Shown here in pieces: positions 32,214-40,803 of a DNA stretch of 64,000 nucleotides (the first letter of the stretch is position 1; the number at the start of each line of letters is the position of its first letter). The notes under the pieces were generated by a model, which saw nothing but the letters and a program-made list of their open reading frames with translations, searched no databases and was not told the DNA's origin. This stretch comes from Gammaproteobacteria bacterium (lineage in GTDB: Bacteria; Pseudomonadota; Gammaproteobacteria; JACKNK01). The stretch lies in NCBI GenBank assembly GCA_024234895.1, contig JACKNJ010000004.1, positions 6,791-70,790 on the forward strand, written 5' to 3'. The position numbers were made by a program, and so were the translations under genes.

Positions 32214-32368
32214 GGCGGAAACCGAACCTGGAAAGGCGGAGATCATCGATGATGGAAACCGCCAACTTCACGTCGGCGGTGGGGATTCACTTGGCAGGAG
32301 CAGATTTCAGCCGCGATCGGCGGCGGGATTCTCGGATCGCCGATCGCGGCGGAAGCCGCTCCTGGGGA

Positions 32369-33571
32369 CTAATAGAGCAGATACGGCTGGCGCGCCTCGC
32401 GCCACGCGGCTTCGTCGATATTGGCAACGGCATCGAGATCGGCGGGGGTCGCGTCCGGATCGTCAACCCACTCGCGCAGCAGCTCGCTGCCGTTGATGAG
32501 GTCGATCGCGAGGCGGTCGCGTTCGTACTCGTAGGGGAAATCGCGCCAGATCGGATAGTCCGGCTGCAACTGCCGCAGGGCCTTGAAGGCCAGCGACTGC
32601 ACCCGCCACGGCTTGAACGCCGCATGATCATAGCCGGGTTGCTCGACGTGAATCTGCACCCCCGCGCAAAGTCTGCCGACGTGCTTGTGGAAGGTCGGTT
32701 CGAACCAGCATTCCCGCAGCGTGCACCCTGACAGCCAGTGCGGCGCGAGGTCGCGCATCGCCGCGATCAGGGCGCCGGCGTCGATGTCCGGAGCGCCGAA
32801 CAGTTCCAGCGGGCGCGTGGTGCCCCGCCCTTCCGACAAGGTCGTGCCTTCGAGCATCACGGTGCCGGCATAGCAGCGGGCCATGGAGAGGTTGGGCGCG
32901 TTCGGGCTGGGATTGATCCAGGCGCGTTCACCCGACGGCCAGCCGTAGCCCGGTGCCGCGTCCGGCGCCCAGCCCCGCATCGCGATCACGCGGTAATCGA
33001 CGTCCAGCTCCAGCGTGGCGATGAACCAGTGGCCGAGTTCGCCGAGGGTCAGGCCGTGGCGCATCGGCATCGGCCCGGCGCCGACGAAGCTCTCCCAGCC
33101 GCGCCGCAGCGTGAGCCCTTCGACCGGGCGACCGGCGGGGTTCGGGCGGTCCAGCACCCACACCGACTTGCCGTATTCGGCAGCGGCTTCGAGCACGTAG
33201 CGCAGCGTGGTGATGAAGGTGTAGATGCGGCAGCCCAAGTCCTGCATGTCGACCAGCAGCACGTCGAAGCTGTCCATCATCGCGGCGGTCGGGCGGCGCA
33301 CCTCGCCGTACAGGCTGAACACCGGAATGCCATGAATCGGATCGTCGTAATCCGGCGACTCGACCATGTTGTCCTGCTTGTCGCCGCGCAGACCGTGCTG
33401 CGGGCCGAAGGCCGCGCTCAATTCGAGATCGGGGAGTTCGGCGAGTGCGTCAAGCGCATGCCGCAGGTCGGCGGTGACCGAGGCCGGATGCGCAAGCAGC
33501 GCGACGCGGCGCCCCCGCAGCGGCGCGCGCAGGGAAGGTTCGGCCAGCAGGCGATCGAGTCCGGTCAGCAT
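32369..33571 (-). CDS. DUF1343-family protein (NamZ/YbbC-like exo-beta-N-acetylmuramidase family, tentative)
   Basis: About 400 aa from MLTGLDRLL. The family call rests on recollection of motifs (…FGPQHGLRGD…VFSLYGE…LDRPNPAG…), not on a search. Confidence 0.45.
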   Translation of the reverse strand: MLTGLDRLLAEPSLRAPLRGRRVALLAHPASVTADLRHALDALAELPDLELSAAFGPQHGLRGDKQDNMVESPDYDDPIHGIPVFSLYGEVRRPTAAMMDSFDVLLVDMQDLGCRIYTFITTLRYVLEAAAEYGKSVWVLDRPNPAGRPVEGLTLRRGWESFVGAGPMPMRHGLTLGELGHWFIATLELDVDYRVIAMRGWAPDAAPGYGWPSGERAWINPSPNAPNLSMARCYAGTVMLEGTTLSEGRGTTRPLELFGAPDIDAGALIAAMRDLAPHWLSGCTLRECWFEPTFHKHVGRLCAGVQIHVEQPGYDHAAFKPWRVQSLAFKALRQLQPDYPIWRDFPYEYERDRLAIDLINGSELLREWVDDPDATPADLDAVANIDEAAWREARQPYLLY

Positions 33572-34095
33572 CAACGGGTCAGTTCCAGGATGAAGGCATC
33601 GGCGCGATGGAAGTCGGGCCGCTCGCCGGTATGGGTCAGCGCCCAATAAGACAGGTTGCCGTCGTCCGCTTCAAGCACCGCCGTTAGGCCGATGCGCAGC
33701 CGCGAACCGGGCGGCAGCACCGCCGCGGCGAGGGTCACATCGAGAGTCAGGCGCGGATGGTCCACGCGGCAATCGACACCGGGATCGGTCATCGCCAGCG
33801 CCACCCCGCCCTCGCGATATGCCGCGAACCGGTAGGCGGCCCACTGCGAGGACGGCGAGAAGTTGAATTCCGCGTAGCCGGGGGCGTCCTCGCCCTGCAC
33901 GAAGACCTCGAAACAGGTGTGTTGCCAGAGCCCGTTGACCGGCGAAGCCGACGGCGCCGCTTCGGGAATGATCAGCGGAACCGAATCCGAGCGCAGTGCG
34001 TAATGCAGCGCGAGCGCGCCGTCCGCGAGCAGACGGGCATCGGCAGTCAAGGTCATGTCCGGCGGGGTGGGCGCGAACGAACGGAGCGCAATCAT
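33571..34095 (-). CDS. Hypothetical protein, apparently translationally coupled to the downstream DUF1343 gene
   Basis: 174 aa ORF whose stop overlaps the next start in an ATGA arrangement. Composition is coding-like. Confidence 0.5.
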   Translation of the reverse strand: MIALRSFAPTPPDMTLTADARLLADGALALHYALRSDSVPLIIPEAAPSASPVNGLWQHTCFEVFVQGEDAPGYAEFNFSPSSQWAAYRFAAYREGGVALAMTDPGVDCRVDHPRLTLDVTLAAAVLPPGSRLRIGLTAVLEADDGNLSYWALTHTGERPDFHRADAFILELTR

Positions 34096-34114
34096 GCCCC
34101 GGATAGTAACTTGC

Positions 34115-34978
34115 TCAACCGGCCAGCAGCGCCTGTCGACGTTGCGCCGGATCGAGTTCCCGCAACCACGCGTAGTAGCCCAGATTGGTTTGCACCGCCG
34201 CTGCGTCGAGGTCCTTGCCGGCCACCTCGGCGGCGCGATCCGCGCGCCCCGCCAGGCCCCAGGCCAGGGCCAGATTGCGGCGCTGTTTCGGACCGGCCAG
34301 ACCGGCCTTCTCCAGGTCGTGCAACAGCACGGCGGCGTAGTGCGGGCGACCTTGCAGGATCATCGAGAACGCGAGGTTGTTGCGCAGTTGCACAGAATCC
34401 TTGTGCACGCGCAGACCGCGCCGGTAGATGCTCTCGGCGGCGGCGTGATCGCCCAGCCGGTCGTAGGCCGCGCCGGCCAGCGCATAGGTGCGCTCACCCG
34501 GATCGACGGTACCGGCGAGGCCGGCGGCGTGCACCCGTGGTGCCAGGGTTGTCAGGGCTTCCCGGGCGCGACCAACGCTGGTCAGGAAGGCCGCGAAACC
34601 GAGCACGACGCGCCCGTCTCTGGCGTCGACATCCCGCGCCGCGCGCCAAGTCAGTTCGGCCTCCAGCGGCTTGCCGACGCGGCGATAGCCTTCCGCGAGC
34701 CCGATCAGGGCATCCAGATCGCGGGGCGCGACCGCGACCACCCCGGCATGCGCAAGCACAGCGGCGGCCCAGTCCCCCGCCCGCTCGGCAACGTCAGCCT
34801 GTTCCCGCAACGCGGCGAGGCCTTGCACATCGACCGCCGGGGCGGATGCGAAGGCCGGTGCGACATCGCTCACCGGCGGGTCGGCGGCGACCGCATCGGG
34901 CAACGGCGCACGGGTCGCGCAGCCGCTCATCAGCAGCGCCGCGACCAGCACCGTCAGCGTCGCCCGACGCGGCATCAT
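34115..34978 (-). CDS. TPR-repeat lipoprotein (TadD-like), paralog 1
   Basis: MMPRRATLTVLVAALLMSGC lipobox followed by TPR repeats. Ends …RNNLAFSMILQG…NLALAWGLAG…LGYYAWLRELDP, mirroring the adjacent paralog. Confidence 0.7.
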   Translation of the reverse strand: MMPRRATLTVLVAALLMSGCATRAPLPDAVAADPPVSDVAPAFASAPAVDVQGLAALREQADVAERAGDWAAAVLAHAGVVAVAPRDLDALIGLAEGYRRVGKPLEAELTWRAARDVDARDGRVVLGFAAFLTSVGRAREALTTLAPRVHAAGLAGTVDPGERTYALAGAAYDRLGDHAAAESIYRRGLRVHKDSVQLRNNLAFSMILQGRPHYAAVLLHDLEKAGLAGPKQRRNLALAWGLAGRADRAAEVAGKDLDAAAVQTNLGYYAWLRELDPAQRRQALLAG

Positions 34979-35787
34979 CACGGCCTCCGCAACAACGCCT
35001 GATAACGCGTCGGCGACGGCAGTTCGCGCAGCCACTGGTAGTAGGCCAGGTTGCGCTCGATCGCATCGCCCTGCAGATCGACCCGGGCAACCTCGCGGGC
35101 GCGCCGATCGTTGCCGGCCAGTCCATAGGCCAGGGCCAGATTCTGGCGATGGCGTGGCTGGCCGCCCTCGGTATCGATCAGGCCTTGCAGCACGTCGGCG
35201 GCGCGCGCGTACTCGCCCTGCAGGATCAGGCTGTAGGCAAGGTTGTTGCGCAACGAGACCGACTGCGGGGTACGCGCCAGACCCTGCGCATAGGCCTGCT
35301 CGGCATCGGCGTGGCGACGCAGCGTGTCGAGTGCCAGTCCCTTCAGATTCCATAGCCCGTCGTCGCCGAGCGGGTGCGTGCCGAGGTAGTTGTCCAGTTC
35401 GCTGACGGCGATCTCGGCGCGTCCGGTCCCGATCAGCAGACGTGCATAGGCCGCGAGCACCAGACCGCTGTCCGGATGCCGGTCGCGGGCCTCGCGCAGA
35501 GTGCGCTCCGCTTCCGCGTGGCGACCGAGGTCGGTGAGCGCGCGGCCCTTGCCGAGCAGCGCGCCGCGATGGGTCGGTGCCTTGGCGAGCGCGCGCTCGT
35601 AGATCGCCAGCGCCGTCTCGGGTTCGCCGCGCGCGGCCACGCCGTCGCCGAGGTCGACCATGCGACCGATCGAATCGACGGGTTCCGGGCTGGCGTCAGC
35701 CTGGTCCGGCCGGGTCGCGTTACAGCCGCCGAGCACGGCGAGCAACAGGACGACGGCCACCGGGTGAAGCTTCGTTTGCACAGGCAT
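34978..35787 (-). CDS. TPR-repeat lipoprotein (TadD-like), paralog 2
   Basis: MPVQTKLHPVAVVLLLAVLGGC lipobox followed by TPR repeats (…RNNLAYSLILQG…NLALAYGLAG…LAYYQWLRELPSP). Its stop overlaps the start of paralog 1. Confidence 0.7.
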   Translation of the reverse strand: MPVQTKLHPVAVVLLLAVLGGCNATRPDQADASPEPVDSIGRMVDLGDGVAARGEPETALAIYERALAKAPTHRGALLGKGRALTDLGRHAEAERTLREARDRHPDSGLVLAAYARLLIGTGRAEIAVSELDNYLGTHPLGDDGLWNLKGLALDTLRRHADAEQAYAQGLARTPQSVSLRNNLAYSLILQGEYARAADVLQGLIDTEGGQPRHRQNLALAYGLAGNDRRAREVARVDLQGDAIERNLAYYQWLRELPSPTRYQALLRRP

Positions 35788-36023
35788 TTTCTTGTCCTTT
35801 CGTGATCGGGGGATGCCGGGGCCATGTCGGCATGCCCGAAGGCGCCGCGCGCCCTCAAAGGGGAAGACGCGGAGCCTGCGTGACAAGAATGAGTGAAAGC
35901 GTCGGGGCGATTCGTGAACGGGTTCACGAGTTATGGAATCTCTGATCGATTCAGGGACGGCTCAGAGGGCGTTTACAACACCTGTGGATCGGGGCTGTGG
36001 ACAGGGGCCGTGAATCCGCGATC

Positions 36024-36097
36024 TGTAGGAGCGGCTTCAGCCGCGATGGGCGGCAACGATCATTCCGGGTGCCGATCGCGGCTGAAGCCGCTCCTAC
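36024..36097. repeat. REP-type palindromic repeat pair, nested inside a larger inverted repeat (35965-36128)
   Basis: tgtaggagcggcttcagccgcgat … atcgcggctgaagccgctcctac. It is flanked by AGAGGGCGTTTACAA (35965-35979) and TTGTAAACACCCTCT (36114-36128). Confidence 0.85.
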
Positions 36098-36165
36098 CTG
36101 TAGCACGGACTCCGAATCGCCTTTTGTAAACACCCTCTTGCAACGCTTGGTGGCGCGACGGCGGC

Positions 36166-38505
36166 TCAGAGATGGCTGGCGTTCTTGCGCATTTGCAGAT
36201 GCGCCGCGAGCAGAGCCAGCAATTCGTTGATGCGGAACGGCTTGGGAACGTAAGCATCGAAGCCCGCCGCGAGCCCTTCCGAGACATCGCCCGGCATCGC
36301 GTTGGCGCTGACCGCGATCACCGGCACGGTCGCCGTGTCCGCGCGTTCCCGAAGGACACGCAGCACCTCGAAGCCGTCCATGTCGGGCAGGTTGATGTCG
36401 AGCAGGATCAGGTCGGGATGGTACGCATCCAGTGCCGCCAGACCTTCCTGCGGCGTGGCGAAGCTGTGCAGGATGTAATCGGTCTGGCTCTCGATGACGC
36501 TATCCATCAGCTCCCGGTTGGACGGGTTGTCCTCGATATAGAGCAGGCGCACGCGCCCATCGGTCAGCGGCGCCCGCGCGACGGGCGGGGCCGGATCCAC
36601 CACCTCGATCGTCGGCTCCGCGCCGCTGGCGCGGGGCAGGCGCACCCAGAAACGGCTGCCTCGCGACGGCTCGCTGTCGAAATCGATCTCGCCGTCCATC
36701 AAGGTGACGATGCGCCGGCTGAACACGAGGCCGATGCCGCTCCCCTCGATCGTGCCGTCGGCCGCGCCCAGACGTTCGAACGGCTCGAACACGCGGCCCC
36801 GGCTCTCTTCCGGAATGCCTTTGCCGGTGTCGCTGACATCGATACGCACCCGCTCGCCGTCGACACTCGCCGACACCACCACCAGGCCGTCGGCATGGTT
36901 GTACTTGATGCCGTTGCTGATCAGGTTCAGCAGGACCTGCTTGAGCCGCGTATGGTCGGCGCGGACCCGCAGCGCCGGGTTGGCGTCCTGGATCTGCACC
37001 GTCACCCGGTAACGGTCCGCGATCGGCCTGGCCAGCTCGCGACATGCATCGAAGACGTCGCGCACACGCACATCCTCGATGCTCAGACGCAGCCGGCCAG
37101 ACTCGACGTGGGCGAGATCCAGCACCTCGTTCACCAGGGTCAGAAGGTGGCGACCGGCGCGTTCCATATGGCGCAGGAATTCCACGCGCTCGGCTTCGTC
37201 GACACCGACCTGCAACAACTCGGTGAAGCCGATCAGCGCGTTCAACGGCGTGCGCAATTCGTGCGACATGCTGGACAGGAAACGGGATTTGGCGGCATTG
37301 GCCGCTTCCGCCTGCAACCTGGCGTCGATCAGTTCCCGTTCCAGAGCCTTGCGCGCGGTGATGTCGATGCTGGCGGTGCCGAATTCCTCGACGCGCTCGC
37401 CCCGCACCACGACCGGAAATGCCACCGTGCTGAAGCTCGACACGCGGCCGTCGGACGCAGCCTCGTCGTGATCCCAGGCGCACACCGTACCCGTCCGGAC
37501 GTTGGCGCACTGCTCATCGCCCAACCAGACGGCGGCATGACCGAACAGCCCCTGGGCCCGCCAGTTCCGATACTGCTGGTTGCTCAGCAGTTCATCGCCC
37601 TCCGGGCCGTGCAGGGCCAGGCCGATGGGCAGGTTGTCGACGATGTTGCGCAGGCGCTGGTCACGCTGACCGAGGTTTTCCAGCATGGCGTTGAAAGCGC
37701 GCGCGAGCTGGCCGAATTCGTCGTCGCCGAGGTTGGTGACGCGGTGCTCGAGATGCCCCGCGGATTGCTGGCGGATCGCTTCGCGCATCTCATCCATGGG
37801 CCGCAGCACCAGGCGACGGACAAGCAGCCAGGTCAGGATCGCCATGATCAACAGACCGGCCAGGGTGATGCCGGCCGCCGCCCACAGCACCGTGCCGGCG
37901 CGTTCCTTGACAGTGGTCCAGTCGAAGCGCAGATAGACCGCGCCCTGGAAATAGGCCTGCGGCACCGCGATCACCGAGTCGGCCTCGAACGGCAGGGACG
38001 CGGGCGGAACCACGTCGGCACCGGCGGCGAAATCGACATGGGCGTACATGCGATTCAGGGGAATGCCTGCATAACCTTCCTCCATGGCGTCCTTCCAAAG
38101 CGGCTGGACCATGATCAGGTCGCCGTCGGCGTCGAACCAGTGACCGAACAACCCGGTACGAATGGCCTCGGACAAGGCCTTGAGCATGTGCGTGGTGACG
38201 GTATCGCCGGGGTTCTCGGCGTGCAGGCTGGACGCCCAGATCGTGAACGGGTTTTTGGTGGCCACCGAGATGCCGTGCACCGCCGCCGACTTGTTGGTGA
38301 TGTCCTCCACCGCCACGCGGATGGCGTCGGCCTGCCGCGTCGCGTTGACGGCGTCATTGACCGTGGTGGCCAGCAGGTGCGCGCGCTCGACCAGATCCGC
38401 GCGCAACTGGGTCAGCGCGGCCTGCCGCACGCCCCACGCGGAAGCGACGGTCACCAGCACCTCGATGACCAGCAGTGCTATGACGAGTTTTGTTCTCAGC
38501 GACAC
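36166..38505 (-). CDS. Hybrid sensor histidine kinase: periplasmic/TM region, HAMP, PAS, HisKA, HATPase_c and a C-terminal receiver domain
   Basis: H-box SHELRTPLNALIGF, N/G boxes, and a C-terminal REC domain (…LLYIEDNPSNRELM…DLILLDINLPDMDGFEVLR…). Start set at the GTG at 38505, which has an AAGGG ribosome-binding site. The longer ORF-track start would overlap the divergent gene. Confidence 0.85.
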   Translation of the reverse strand: MSLRTKLVIALLVIEVLVTVASAWGVRQAALTQLRADLVERAHLLATTVNDAVNATRQADAIRVAVEDITNKSAAVHGISVATKNPFTIWASSLHAENPGDTVTTHMLKALSEAIRTGLFGHWFDADGDLIMVQPLWKDAMEEGYAGIPLNRMYAHVDFAAGADVVPPASLPFEADSVIAVPQAYFQGAVYLRFDWTTVKERAGTVLWAAAGITLAGLLIMAILTWLLVRRLVLRPMDEMREAIRQQSAGHLEHRVTNLGDDEFGQLARAFNAMLENLGQRDQRLRNIVDNLPIGLALHGPEGDELLSNQQYRNWRAQGLFGHAAVWLGDEQCANVRTGTVCAWDHDEAASDGRVSSFSTVAFPVVVRGERVEEFGTASIDITARKALERELIDARLQAEAANAAKSRFLSSMSHELRTPLNALIGFTELLQVGVDEAERVEFLRHMERAGRHLLTLVNEVLDLAHVESGRLRLSIEDVRVRDVFDACRELARPIADRYRVTVQIQDANPALRVRADHTRLKQVLLNLISNGIKYNHADGLVVVSASVDGERVRIDVSDTGKGIPEESRGRVFEPFERLGAADGTIEGSGIGLVFSRRIVTLMDGEIDFDSEPSRGSRFWVRLPRASGAEPTIEVVDPAPPVARAPLTDGRVRLLYIEDNPSNRELMDSVIESQTDYILHSFATPQEGLAALDAYHPDLILLDINLPDMDGFEVLRVLRERADTATVPVIAVSANAMPGDVSEGLAAGFDAYVPKPFRINELLALLAAHLQMRKNASHL

Positions 38506-38648
38506 GCAACACCCTTGATTCGACGACCCGACAAACCGGCACAGCGTACACGCTCGGGGACAAGTCCGTCGTGCGCCCGGGGCTTGCGCGGACCCGGCTC
38601 CTGGGCCAACTTTGCCGGGCCCGACAACACCCCGATGAAGGTCATCCG

Positions 38649-39662
38649 ATGTCCCCTCGCCCTCGCGTTCCGTCCAGGCCGATCTCCGTGTTCGTCCGCG
38701 CCATGCTGACGTTGATCCTGCTGGCCGCCGGACCGGCATCCGGCCTCGCCGCCGAGACCGGCCGCCCCATCCGCATCGCGCTCAACGACCTGCCCGGCAA
38801 GGGCATGCTGCCGATCATGGTGGCGATCGAACACATGCGGGAACGCGGCCTCGACATCGAGGTGAGCTACCTGAACTCCGAGAACATCGTGTTGCAGGCG
38901 CTCGCCGCCGATCTCGCCGACATCGGCATGGGCACGCCATACAAGCCGATCCAGGATGGCAACCTGCCCGTGCGGATGTTCTTCCAGCTCAGCCGCCTCG
39001 CGTTCTTTCCGGTCGTCAACACGGAGTTCTACCAGGACTGGGCGGACCTGGACGGCATCGAGATGTACGCGCACGGTCCCGGCTCCGGCACGGAGGCGTT
39101 GCTGAACGTGCTGGCCGAACGCCACGGCATCCGCTACAGCAAGATGAACTACCTGCCCGGCTCCGGCACCCGCGCGCACGCCATGCTGTCCGGCCGCATC
39201 AAGGCCACGGTACTGGATGCCGAACGCAAACGCATGGTGCTCGCCCAGGCCCCCGAGCGCTTCAAGGTGCTGCCGATGGGCGACGTGCGCGCCACCGACG
39301 AGGCGCTGTTCGCCAGCGAGACCTACATCGCCACCCACCACGCGAAACTCGAAGCCCTGATCGCGACGCTGCTCGACGTGTGGGCGCGGATCAACGCGGA
39401 CCCGGCCTGGCTGGCGGCGGAACGTGAGCGCCTCGGCCTGCTTGCGGACATGGATGCCGGGGAGATCGACAGGATCACTCCCTACATCGAGGAACTCGTC
39501 ACCAGCGAGGTGTTCGCCGCCGATGGCGGCGTCAACGACGTGCCGGCGGACTTCGCCTTCTACACCGCATCCGGCACGCTGAAGGACGACGCCGCGAGCC
39601 TCAAGGAAGAGATGTTCTGGGACCTGGGGCCGCTGCGGCAGGTGCTGAAAGCCCGTCACTGA
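38649..39662 (+). CDS. Periplasmic substrate-binding protein of the NMT1/THI5 (SsuA/TauA-like) family. No transporter partners are present.
   Basis: 337 aa from MSPRP with a signal peptide (…LILLAAGPASGLAAE). Whole-length resemblance to NitT/TauT-family binding proteins. Divergent from the hybrid kinase. Confidence 0.65.
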   Translation: MSPRPRVPSRPISVFVRAMLTLILLAAGPASGLAAETGRPIRIALNDLPGKGMLPIMVAIEHMRERGLDIEVSYLNSENIVLQALAADLADIGMGTPYKPIQDGNLPVRMFFQLSRLAFFPVVNTEFYQDWADLDGIEMYAHGPGSGTEALLNVLAERHGIRYSKMNYLPGSGTRAHAMLSGRIKATVLDAERKRMVLAQAPERFKVLPMGDVRATDEALFASETYIATHHAKLEALIATLLDVWARINADPAWLAAERERLGLLADMDAGEIDRITPYIEELVTSEVFAADGGVNDVPADFAFYTASGTLKDDAASLKEEMFWDLGPLRQVLKARH

Positions 39663-39693
39663 GCCCGTCGACCGGGCCCACGGGTCACCGCCT

Positions 39694-40410
39694 TCAATCG
39701 TCCTGCGGCGCGTGCTCGAAGCTGACCAGGGAATCGTCGGCCTGCACGCCGGGGAAGGCGCTGTGATCGCTGTGGCGCTTCGGGTCCCAGGCGCCGAGCA
39801 GGATGATCGACTTGCCGTGCGCGGTGATGAAGCCCCGATCCTCGAGTTCCTTGACCGCGCGGCTCGCCATCTCGCGCGAGCAACCGATCAGGCGGCCGAT
39901 CTCCTGCCGGGAAATCTTCACCAGCGTGCCATCCGGGTGCGACATCGCCTCCGGCTGGCGGGCCAGGTCCATCAGGGCGTAGGCGATGCGGCTGGTGACG
40001 TCGATGAAGGCGGAACGGGCGATCTTGCGGTTGGCCTTGCGCAGGCGGGCGGACAACTGGCCTGCCAGTTCGAGCAGGATTTCGACGTCGTCGCGGACCA
40101 CACGCAGAAAGGCGTCGTAACTGATCTGCGCGATCTCGCAGGCCTCGCGGGTGACCACCGACACGCTGCGCACATTGCTCTCGAACAGGCCGGTCTCGCC
40201 GAAGAAATCGCCGCGATGCAGGTATTCCAGAATCATCTCCTGGCCCTCCCGGTTGTCGAGCATCACGCTGACCGAGCCGGACAGGATGTAGCTCAGCGTG
40301 TCCTGATCGTGCCCATCGCGGATGACCACCGTCTTGCTGGCCACGCTGCGTACGTGGCAGTGATGCAGCAAGCGTTCGATGGCGGGACTGGCGCCCGGGG
40401 GTAACTTCAT
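39694..40410 (-). CDS. Crp/Fnr-family cAMP/c-di-GMP-type global regulator (Clp/Vfr-like), with a roughly 25-aa C-terminal extension
   Basis: Aligns end to end with CRP/Clp (…GDFFGETGLFE…ISYDAFLRV…RQEIGRLIGCSREMASRAVKELEDRGFITAHGKSIIL…), then continues …WDPKRHSDHSAFPGVQADDSLVSFEHAPQDD. Confidence 0.85.
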   Translation of the reverse strand: MKLPPGASPAIERLLHHCHVRSVASKTVVIRDGHDQDTLSYILSGSVSVMLDNREGQEMILEYLHRGDFFGETGLFESNVRSVSVVTREACEIAQISYDAFLRVVRDDVEILLELAGQLSARLRKANRKIARSAFIDVTSRIAYALMDLARQPEAMSHPDGTLVKISRQEIGRLIGCSREMASRAVKELEDRGFITAHGKSIILLGAWDPKRHSDHSAFPGVQADDSLVSFEHAPQDD

Positions 40411-40516
40411 GGTCGGCCTTCATTTCCTGTTGAATCAGCCTGAAGCCTTGCAGATTCGCAAACCATTGCAACCGCGATTAAACAAACAATGTAAACAGGA
40501 ATCCGCAAACGAACCG

Positions 40517-40765
40517 TCAACGAGACCACCAGAACATCAACGCCAAAACCAGCAACGCGAGCAAAAACAAGGTACGACCCAGGGACGCATTGCGCCGCCG
40601 ATCCTCTTCGACACTTGCCCGGAACAGGACCAACTTCAGATCGTCGAGGTGATGGCAGTGAGGGCAGTGCTCGGCCTCGACCGGGTAACACAGATTACAG
40701 CGCGGGCAGCGCTGACTCCGTGTCCGCCAGCGCCATAAATCCCACAAGGAACGGATTCCTCTCAC
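40517..40765 (-). CDS. Small zinc-ribbon membrane protein (CxxC…CxxC followed by a C-terminal TM helix)
   Basis: 82 aa containing CPRC…CPHC, then …LFLLALLVLALMFWW. GTG start with an AGAAGGGG ribosome-binding site. Confidence 0.55.
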   Translation of the reverse strand: MRGIRSLWDLWRWRTRSQRCPRCNLCYPVEAEHCPHCHHLDDLKLVLFRASVEEDRRRNASLGRTLFLLALLVLALMFWWSR

Positions 40766-40803
40766 GCCCCTTCTCCCGGCATGACTAAGGCGAACCGCCG
40801 TGT

